A stretch of 64,000 nt of DNA, from IMG/VR virus record IMGVR_UViG_3300032722_000006, positions 1 through 64,000 of that record; one strand, written 5' to 3'. The notes beneath the pieces are model-generated. The model ran no database searches. It had not been told where the DNA came from and was given only the letters and a program-made list of their open reading frames with translations. How positions within the stretch are numbered: the first letter of the stretch is position 1; each line of letters starts with the position of its first letter. The position numbers were made by a program, and so were the translations under genes. Positions 56,101 to 64,000 of the stretch are shown here, piece after piece. Source of the stretch: a virus.

Positions 56101-57537
56101 GTCGAATTTCATGACACATTGAACCAGCCTCTTGCGTCTGATGTGGTGCATGAGATCATCGGTGCAGAACCGGTGCTTGATCAGTTCGAGATCATGTACA
56201 GGAACGAGCTCAGTGGTAGCTTCACAGACAATGCCGTCTTTGGATCGATGTCAGAAGAAGGTCGTTTCAGATTGCTCAGCTGGCTCAATGCCAACAATGT
56301 TCCTGCAGGCAGCGCGATCACGGACTGGCCTCATGTTGGAACATTTCATATTCTGAGTCCGGAACTGCTTGGGATCAGCAATTCAAAGGCCTATTGGTTG
56401 CAACAGTGGTGGGAGCGCGCTGGGGACGTTAGACTGTCGTCATTCGTAAACTCAAGCGAGAGATTCTATGATTCGATGATGCCATCAATCGACACATGTC
56501 TGATCGCTGACGGTAATGGCATCGTTCTCGGGAATAACATCGGGAATTCTCAACAACTTACGACTAAAAATGTCGGATCAGTCAACCTAGCATTGACTAA
56601 CACAACAAGCCCTAGCGGCACACCCAATGCGATACCGAACTGGTCAATGGCATTTCCATTCGAACCACGGTATGCAAATGCTGCACGTCAGCTTGACATC
56701 TCAAAAGGTTACATCGCAACGCAGGTCTACAACGCAGACGGAACAGTGTCAAACATTTCACCGACAGAGGTGAACGGATTGATCGTCGGGACGTATGAAC
56801 AACATGAAATCTATCTGTTAGGAACAGTTGGATCTCTTCCCGTGTCAACGACAGTGTGGTCGAAATTGGGGATGGGCGTAGGCGCTAGTTGGTTTGTTGA
56901 CGTAAATCTTGCGCAGGGAATTAATTCATACGGATTGTATGTCACAGGATCAACGTCAACTGATGATACGTCACGAATACTCTACGGATACGGTGATAGA
57001 AACACTGTGTTTGCAGATCCGTACGCAGAGTCTACGTTGACAGGAGTGAAGAACTGGCCTGATCAACGCGATGTTGCGTTCCGGGATTCAATTTATGTGC
57101 ACGGAGGCGCCGGTCCCGAGCCAACCAACAATCTATGGTTCTACTCTCCTGTAATTCGAGGGTGGAAGTACGGCGTCTATAGTGGAATCCCTACGTTCAG
57201 CAAGTGCTACTGGCGTCGTGGAAAGTTCGGACAATTCAGGGACATGCTCGAGCAACGTCTAGACACGAAGTACTATGAATCTCCAGAGAATGCTCCTGAT
57301 GATCCTGACTTCGTGCAAGGCGTGAAGGACGCGTGCGTGAATGTCAAGTTCATCAGTCCAGACGGTCGCTTGACGAATCCGTCGAACACATGGTCGAACA
57401 ATCAACACTTTGAGTGCACGTCATCGTTGCCGTTTTTCGATGGTGTCATCACGAGTCGTACGCCCATCAACGTTCAGACGCTCAACAAACGCATCATCTC
57501 GTTCAACAAGGACATATTCGGTAACGTCGCACTGTGA
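53170..57537 (+). CDS. Large putative virion (tail/baseplate) protein
   Basis: 1455-aa ORF. N-terminal IGFDF...TNGW...PWFSDL...FEVVLYENGTIEFRY beta-domain. Confidence 0.7.
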   Translation: MPATTISTRTAPPRKFENYILTHLVDSSAGITNITDSQMVLLKGPGDPRETFRTIGDAYCNNAMSFTYPIGFDFALDGVTYKSFVADTNGWMALVGPGTPFSLSQILEYTGPSSNGSTGYEDWDNSFILPVMASNTVLLCPWFSDLRNVHGSLYDDTSSTYSRQKEKRVGMGLEPMPSVVNELSPGVKYYNDNHSPAGGRRLIVRWHSLSSYNNAASGILKFEVVLYENGTIEFRYAPRTPLAVPVNSGERATIGIFMPNGTHRFRDFSSGLGYDDQRQQYVYGGYVYDASYNDGQSNANSWYDAGPSYTHPVPYAWNLKPYNNWPSVSTGGGTFTFSPPMNRRKVLPRNLIRKNDAMLKLPTVARTGDSRLGTGLVTFDDRRSPTYSSSSIVNYPSTLPRFFGGTGVGTLQRQDLFTNDFVAPGGTNSSAIDQFMNDGPVTLVDAFNETNRYEQDQATLSTNFFATGSSTTYLADGFTQNLKSKTQIKFTLNVDTSVTMPDITSSIYYYNNTTKAWEVPQNSSYIIGNLASGPPSPNPYAGGDWTDAAVDGMNWQIAEDMKGFGPIGNLVASGTLDRYGAYAQTDPQIGAVYDPKALPYAIGKSYAKSIRNNNDYVANNDETFTLPITSPFLIEKAVFEIPFAAGPGWFNDITQCFIPGNSAFYRSENPAATSFDFAGPALTVALFRQVPLDGTATGPGIRDLIMTGTITHTYDNTRGIMLASFAPADSTTQVWPVGFLSYAGPPGAVVTPNSTGHFTGSVTIESTALSSAGVIVKFITNFMASPEGAAATDLSNFLTSTPTLTLTTNGVLQTDGNGTQNVNIAYISPLGRGGTGFQQAGRCILGNEYVTLQGLSDPEGLVVPNPLYTPVLSDQQKQALDQVAFGDLDNIAKANVSAAIPLISHFPSPYLVMPGDKLVLSISKMRPVLYQPHDSSDNPTYNTAFSSSTQRPNAGHDVSLVPGQINITLYGSQVQEGVEFHDTLNQPLASDVVHEIIGAEPVLDQFEIMYRNELSGSFTDNAVFGSMSEEGRFRLLSWLNANNVPAGSAITDWPHVGTFHILSPELLGISNSKAYWLQQWWERAGDVRLSSFVNSSERFYDSMMPSIDTCLIADGNGIVLGNNIGNSQQLTTKNVGSVNLALTNTTSPSGTPNAIPNWSMAFPFEPRYANAARQLDISKGYIATQVYNADGTVSNISPTEVNGLIVGTYEQHEIYLLGTVGSLPVSTTVWSKLGMGVGASWFVDVNLAQGINSYGLYVTGSTSTDDTSRILYGYGDRNTVFADPYAESTLTGVKNWPDQRDVAFRDSIYVHGGAGPEPTNNLWFYSPVIRGWKYGVYSGIPTFSKCYWRRGKFGQFRDMLEQRLDTKYYESPENAPDDPDFVQGVKDACVNVKFISPDGRLTNPSNTWSNNQHFECTSSLPFFDGVITSRTPINVQTLNKRIISFNKDIFGNVAL

Positions 57538-57602
57538 TCACATCCTAGAGGAGGAGAACGGCTCGATGTCCGTAAGTACTGAATAGCGAGCGTTGACGCG
57601 AG

Positions 57603-60600
57603 ATGGCACAGAAAACACCGACAGGGACTCTGACAGAAGCGCTCAGCTCGTTCTTTGTCTACGTCAATGACACGAACACGGGGAAGATCACGCGTGTTGC
57701 GATCCCGGGCGACACGCAGATCGGCATGGTCGGCAACCCTGCTGAACTGATGCTGACTGGCCGCATATCGTTCAACACGACGCAGTACTTCACTGACAAC
57801 GTCAACAAGGGCGTGATCCTCACGTCCAACAACGACACGATCATAGGCATCAACCTTGACGTTGTGCCCGTCAATGGTCAGATTACCGTGACGTTGCCAG
57901 CAAATCCTCGGCAGGGGCAGGTGCACTACGTCATGGATATGACCGGGACGTCACAGACCGTCCCGATCTACGTTTACCCTGCGTTGCCCGGGCAAACGAT
58001 CGACAACTCAAACGTCTCGATCCTTGAGTTCAACTACAGTTCTCTCGTACTGTGTTGGTTGAATGGACAATGGAGGACACTTGCAACCGGTGCGCATGGA
58101 GGTATCAATAACGTTGTTGGCGAAGGCGGAACAACGGCTGAGATAGTCTCAAACATCGTCACAATCTCGAGCTCGATCTACGCTAATCCGTCATCATCCT
58201 ACCTGATGGCTAGTGCGAGCAACGGTGATTCACCCACCTCACGCTATGTTGCGGCTGTGGCACAGTCTGGCATCCAGATCACTGACAATGGCCCAGGAAA
58301 TCAAATCGTCTGGTCGTTGGTATCTCCATTCGAGGCCGGGCAAGCATTAGACGGGCTCCTCGTCGAGCTGCCAGGCGTCCCTGGTCCAAATTACGGACTT
58401 GATGGCGTCTATACGTTCATCTGTCCTAGCGGCTCTGCAGACATCGCAACGATGGGAGGCATGTCAGGCAGCCTGTACGCTGTCACATTGCAATTCAGGG
58501 GTGCTGTGGCGCCGTGCCCATGGGATTCACCCATCAACGGAGAATGGGGCGCAGCTGCAGCTGGTACATGGGATGGTCAATTCTGGATGGTCAACGGAAC
58601 GCCTCAAGGTAATGAGGTTCAGTTCATACTTGACGTCTCTGATCCTCCTGCACGATATTGCCTGAATGCCGAGCCATCCTGGATCGGGAATCAACCTGAA
58701 TTTACTACTGCACTCTTTTCGATCAATTACACAAAGACAATTCCGATCCGTGGAGGGGCACACGTGACCCTCACGGCAAATGCAACATCGAACGGTGGCG
58801 GTTGGGCAGAGCCTGCCAACGATTCTCACTGCTGGCCAAGCGGTCTTGTCAGTTTTGGATCCACGCTTCCTGCTGGCGCGCCGCCGCAGCCATTCTTGGG
58901 CGAATTCGTATATGTCACGTACGTATCGTCCAGCCTCGTCAACGAGGTGTTCGTATCGAACCAGGGTCTTCAATTGCCTGGTGGAGCGTATCAGTTCATC
59001 GAGACTCTTTACGGCGGAGGTATCCTTGCGAGGAGCGGCAGCAACACAAACGTAAATCGATTCGGCAGTCAGGTCGCCGAGTTGATGATCGACAATACTG
59101 TTGTTGCGACGTTATCAGGAAGCACGTTCTCCGGACCGGTCAAGGCACCGACGATCACTGCGACGTCAACTGTCACGTCACCCATATTCATAGGGAGCCT
59201 GCAACAGGTCTCTCCAGGTGTAGCGTACATCATCGCGACCGGTACGATCACCGTCAGCACCAATAGCCTCGGTCAGATCATCATGACCGGTAGCGAGGGC
59301 GCATTCAACATCTCAGGCTCCGGTGGAACGCTGGTGACCGAGGTTGGCGGATTCTACAACGTGTCATCGAGCCTTTACGCTGATGATCATGCATCATACT
59401 TGCTAATGTCATCGTCCTTCCGGGCGTTGAATTCAAGGCTGTTAGTTGCCGGTTCTGGCATTCAGTTCATCGACGGCGGACCCGGTGGTTCACTGACGAT
59501 CATTGCGTCCAGTAGTATCAGCGAAAATGCGTTTGGAATATGGACTGACACAGGTGCAGGATTATACGCAACGTCAAGCGTGTCAGTTGATCAACAGGGT
59601 CGAACGGCGTCTCAAATTGGCACTGACGTGTGGTTCTTCGTTTCTGGCACGCAGAACGTCCCAGCCGGGCAACCCAACAGGAAGGTTGCTGTATTTGGTG
59701 GCGATCTATTCGTTTCAGGCGCTTTCACGACAACGGGATCGATGCATGTGTTCGGTGCAGAACATATCTCAGGCGATCTCGCAACTTCAGGTTCTCTAAC
59801 TGCGCTAGGTGGGTTGACAGGATCGCTTACACACCTCACAAATGGCCAGATTTACATGGTGGGTCTTGGCACCATCGTGATCTCCACGAACAGCTTGGGT
59901 CAGGTGATCCTATCTGGCACGGCGGGTGCGTCATCACTGTTCACGAGTCTGTCGGGTATCGGCGGTTCAACAGCGTCTAACGATGCGTTTGGCAACTATA
60001 CTGTGTCAAGTTCAATAGGCGCAGACAAGTACGGCAATTACATCGTCGCAGCATTCAATGGTGAGAATCCGAATGAAAGGAAGCTCACGGCCGGAGACGG
60101 CATAGTGTTCGCTGACAATGGCCCGGGGAATAACTGGATCTTTGCACTCAACGTTGTCGGTGCCGGTTCAATCAATGTGTTCACTGCGTCCGGTGGCACT
60201 GTCGTTGTCAGCGGTTCGAACTCAAACGTCACAGCTGTGTACGGTTCTGGCGGTTCAACAGTAACGCCATCAGGTACGGCTTTCACTGTGTCTAGTTCGG
60301 TTGGTGCAAACAAGTACGCACAGTATGTCGTTGTCAACGCTGACGGTGAGAACCCAAATGAGAGGAAGATCACTGCAGGATCGGGCATCTCGATCGCGGA
60401 TGCAGGTGGTAACCTCACGATCACAAATACCGGCGTGATATCTGGCACGACATACGCTGATGCATACGCTACGTACCTGCAGGTTTCGCCTGATCTGAAT
60501 AACGTCGAATCACGTTACGTTGTAGGTCAAGGCGGAATATCCGTGATCGATGGTGGTCCATTCAGCTACTTTGCGATCTCAAGTTCTATCGGATCGTATG

Positions 60601-62402
60601 CATCTGCGTCGTACGTCGTCGTCGGAGCTGACACGAGAAATCCCAATGAACGTGTGTTGACAGCAGGCGCCGGCATCACGTTTGTTGATAGCGGTCCCGG
60701 TGGAACGATCACCGTCAATGGAACTATCGGATCGAGTTCAATCTACGCAAACGTCAGCGCGTCATTCGTCGTCATGCAACCTGACGGTGAGAATCCGAAC
60801 GAGCGTGGGTTGCTAGCGACAGGAGGAAGCACGCTCATCGATACCGGTCCTGGTGGTACTGTCACCATCTCGAGCTCGATCGGCGCATACCCATCATCAT
60901 CGTACATCGTGCTCGGAATTGACGGGCGTAATCCCAACGAACGACGCCTCGTGCAAGGCAATGGAATCACGTACGTTGATCACGGTCCTGGTGGTGACCT
61001 GACGCTTAGCGTGTCAAGTTCGATCTACGCAAACGTATCCTCATCATACCTCGTTCTTGCAGTTGACACGCAGAATCCGAACGAGCGACGTTTGGTGACG
61101 CACGGATCACTACAATCTTTCGACGGCGGCGCTGGATCAGCGTACATCATGCTCGTCACCGGAACACTCAATGATAACGGTACGTTACTCAGCACGACAA
61201 GTTCATTGCAGGCGCCCATCATCACTGCAACGTCAGGATTCACGGGAAGCCTCACGCAGCTCGTTGGAGGCAATCCATTCATCGTAGGAACAGGCAACAC
61301 CACCGTTTCTACAGGGTCACTTGGACAGATCATCATCTCTTCCACGGGAGGCGGAGGAACTTCGCTCGCAGTCTATCAAGCTTCACACGGGTTCACGACC
61401 GGTCAGGCAGTGTACTACACGGGCTCGTCGTGGGCGCTAGCTGAAGCAAACAACGCAAACACGTTGGGTATCGGTGTCGTTCAGTACGTTGACGCGAACA
61501 ACTTCATCCTGTATCAGGTCGGTGAGGTGACAGGATTGTCAGGTCTTTAGTCCGGACAGTACTATTTTGTCAGCGATGCAACGCCCGGGTTGTTGACTAC
61601 GACTGCTCCTACGGCGACGACAAGCTTCTCAAATCCGTTGTTCTTTGCGATTTCGACGACTGCTGGCCTTGTGCTACCGTTCAGGCCATCTGCAATCACA
61701 AGTGGATCGTCAGGTGGTGCCGATGCATATGCATCATACATCCTTGCGTCCAGCGACCCATCGCTCACGAACTCTCGATTGCTCACTGCGGGCTCGAACA
61801 TCACGATCAATGATGGAGGGCCGCTCGGCAGCCTGATCATCAGCAGTTCATTGGGAATTAATGTTGAATTGACCGGTTCATCGCTCATCAACAACCCTCA
61901 TTCAATAATGAACTTCACCGGGAGCGGCGTGGCTGTGTCAGACGTCGCGGGCGTTGCAACAGTATTCGTTCCGTACTTTCAACAGGAGATTGTGTTCATT
62001 GCGGGTGATCAGACGACAGAGAGCAATTCAGCGTTCTTCGTCGCAGGGGCGAGGTCGATCGACACCACACAGTTCCCAGCCACGATGGGATCTCTCAATC
62101 GTTACATGAAGTTCATCGCAACGCTTCAGAACACAGCTGGTGCGACAAAGACGAAGGTTCAGCTATACGATGTAAGAAACCTAGCTGTGATCACAAGTAG
62201 CTCCATGGACAATTCAGGAGCTCCATCGCAGGTTCTACCGTATGATGTGATTAGTCCTGTCATACCTCTTGGAACGGCGACAGGAAGCATTCAGACGAGT
62301 TCACCAGGAATGTATGAGGTTCAGGTTGAGATGGTTGGAGGTTCGACGACTACTGATGCATCAACGTGCTCGAACGCACGGTTGATCGTGTACTACGCTT
62401 GA
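57603..62402 (+). CDS. Tail fibre protein interrupted by one in-frame TAG (61548-61550): 1315 aa if terminated, 1599 aa if read through
   Basis: 57603..61550 and 61590..62402 share a frame with only this stop between them. The same repeat (SY......NxR.L.AG..I...DxGP.G.L.I) occurs on both sides. Confidence 0.8.
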
Positions 62403-62411
62403 GGATGACGA

Positions 62412-64000
62412 ATGGCTAACGCTGTCACCACGAACTACCCTCTTTTCTCTTCGAATGACATGTTCAGTGCCATCTGGAAGCTGACGCGCACGATGTTGTC
62501 TGCAGGTTGGAGGTACAAGGGCAGCGGTAACGGACAGAACTTGTACGGAACTGGCACGTCGGGCACAGGAGGCGCATACATCGCATCATCATTTAATTGC
62601 GCACGAAGTGGCGGCGGTGCCAGCGTTGTTGCGTTCTCGTCAAACATCATGACGATCACAGTGCCGAACAACTATACCGGTACAGGGAACATACAAGGCA
62701 CGATATCTGTCACGAACGGTTCGACAACTATCAGTTTCTCTGCGAACCAAACGCTTCCTGTGGGCGGCGCATTCGTGTTCAACACGTCGTCTCAACCTTC
62801 AACATTGTACTTCAACTCAGCTGCGATCTCAAACACAAATACACTAACATTAGCAACGAACTTCACCGGCACAACGCAGTCTAGCGTTGCAGCATCATAC
62901 CTGTTTGCGCTACCTGGAACAGTCACCCTATCGGGGTCAACGTCTGTCACAACGTCAAGTTCATGGGTAGGCATTGTTACGCCTGGCGAGCAGATCGTGT
63001 TCAGTCCGCAACCCGGCACAACGTACACTGTCACTGCAGTGACATCATCTACAGTCACGTTGAGCAGCTCATACACGGGGTCGACTGGTTCAGGAAAGTA
63101 CGCAGTTGTCACGTCAACGTTGAACGCAGGAATGATCGGGCAGTACGTCACGTTGTCAGGCGCGGCAAATTCATCCGGAACGATCAACGGTACATGGCGA
63201 ATCACAGGGATCAGCACAACTGCAAATTCATTCACTGTGTACAATGCCGCTGGGGCGTCTACAGACTCAAACAACGGATCGATTAACTGGGCATGCATCC
63301 TTGATGCTGCAGGTGATCAATGGGGCGCCGGCGGTGCAGTCAATCTTAGCAACGCTGGACGTATATCAAACTCTGGTGCAGGCGTCGGATTAGCAGCTGC
63401 GGGTACCGGTACGTCGGGATTGTCAGTTGTCACGGGCATCACAGGCGCCACACAGGCATCCGTGGGTGACTATCTGACGATCACGGGTTCAAGTGCAACC
63501 GGCGGTCCAAACAACTCAACAGGAACAAATAACGGCTCCTGGCGCATCGTTGCGGTGTCAACCGCCGGTACGTCATGCACGGTGTACGCGCCTGGGATGG
63601 TTGCAGAGACAGGTAATGCATCGCTAAATGTTGTCGAGCAATACGGCGGCGCCGGAGCTAGCATCACATCATTCTCGTCGACAACAAGTGGTCAGTCAAC
63701 ACTCATGACGTTGACCGGCCTCAGCGGACTGTCATCATCAGACGTCGGACGTTTCATCACGCTTATCAACCCGACCAGCGTAAGCAACATCGGCTCATTT
63801 TTGATTGTGTCAGTGCTATCATCATCGAGTTGCCTCATCTACAACCCGAACGCCACTGCAAGCGATGCTCACAACGGCAGCATTCAATGGGTCGAGTACA
63901 GCACGTTGAGCCAGACATACCCACTCTACATCCAGAGCACTACCGGAGGCAGCGCATGGATCGACCTACAAGGTCCTACGATCATGAAGATCCCTATCGG
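62412..64000 (+). CDS. Ser/Thr/Gly-rich tail-fibre-like protein, runs off the window's right edge
   Basis: MANAVTTNYPLFSSND... after GAGGA. Repeats INGTWRIT, NNGSWRIV and NIGSFLIV. Absent from the ORF track, consistent with no stop in the window. Confidence 0.75.
   Translation, partial: MANAVTTNYPLFSSNDMFSAIWKLTRTMLSAGWRYKGSGNGQNLYGTGTSGTGGAYIASSFNCARSGGGASVVAFSSNIMTITVPNNYTGTGNIQGTISVTNGSTTISFSANQTLPVGGAFVFNTSSQPSTLYFNSAAISNTNTLTLATNFTGTTQSSVAASYLFALPGTVTLSGSTSVTTSSSWVGIVTPGEQIVFSPQPGTTYTVTAVTSSTVTLSSSYTGSTGSGKYAVVTSTLNAGMIGQYVTLSGAANSSGTINGTWRITGISTTANSFTVYNAAGASTDSNNGSINWACILDAAGDQWGAGGAVNLSNAGRISNSGAGVGLAAAGTGTSGLSVVTGITGATQASVGDYLTITGSSATGGPNNSTGTNNGSWRIVAVSTAGTSCTVYAPGMVAETGNASLNVVEQYGGAGASITSFSSTTSGQSTLMTLTGLSGLSSSDVGRFITLINPTSVSNIGSFLIVSVLSSSSCLIYNPNATASDAHNGSIQWVEYSTLSQTYPLYIQSTTGGSAWIDLQGPTIMKIPI

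Noticed and set aside
61548-61550. The operon's tRNA as suppressor of the tail-fibre stop
   Set aside because: The stop is UAG and the tRNA anticodon UCA reads UGA.
1-64000. Genome-wide stop-codon reassignment (code 15 or code 4/25)
   Set aside because: Long genes are intact in the standard code. UAG and UGA both end well-defined genes at expected C-termini, often with ATGA coupling. Only one internal UAG was found.

Overview
This window looks like part of a large (jumbo/huge) tailed phage genome with a T4-like contractile-tail baseplate, read in the standard genetic code. UGA is the commonest stop and UAG is also used. Layout from left to right: (1) 1-8450, mostly minus strand: PIN-PhoH, a small sigma70-region-4 protein, an Hc1-type histone H1-like protein, a DinG-family helicase, ClpP and a degenerate GroEL-like protein. 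(2) 8457-8545: a GATC/palindrome-rich intergenic patch at the strand switch. (3) 8667-25441: a glycan-synthesis island with 9 glycosyltransferase-like ORFs, a dehydratase-aminotransferase-acetyltransferase trio, two UDP-sugar dehydrogenases and a methyltransferase. (4) 25547-33689: NAD salvage genes NadM-Nudix and NAMPT, separated by a fragmented nuclease/helicase/methyltransferase island. (5) 33704-36979: phosphatase, macrodomain, a compact translation-related operon and a PD-(D/E)XK nuclease. (6) 37987-41541: two more GT4 enzymes and a gp55-like late sigma factor. (7) 42434-64000: baseplate and tail-fibre genes. The best candidate for an undescribed system is the operon at 35011-36106. It has a leaderless uORF ending at UGA-A whose +1 frame encodes an RGPP arrest-like motif, then a basic protein, a Pth2-fold protein and an atypical tRNA with a UCA anticodon. 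Other strong leads are a possible virion O-glycosylation system with an [S/T]-[G/A/S]-[S/T] sequon, a single in-frame UAG inside a tail-fibre domain, and a split/permuted restriction-modification-like island. All calls come from motif recognition by eye. No database searches or computations were run.
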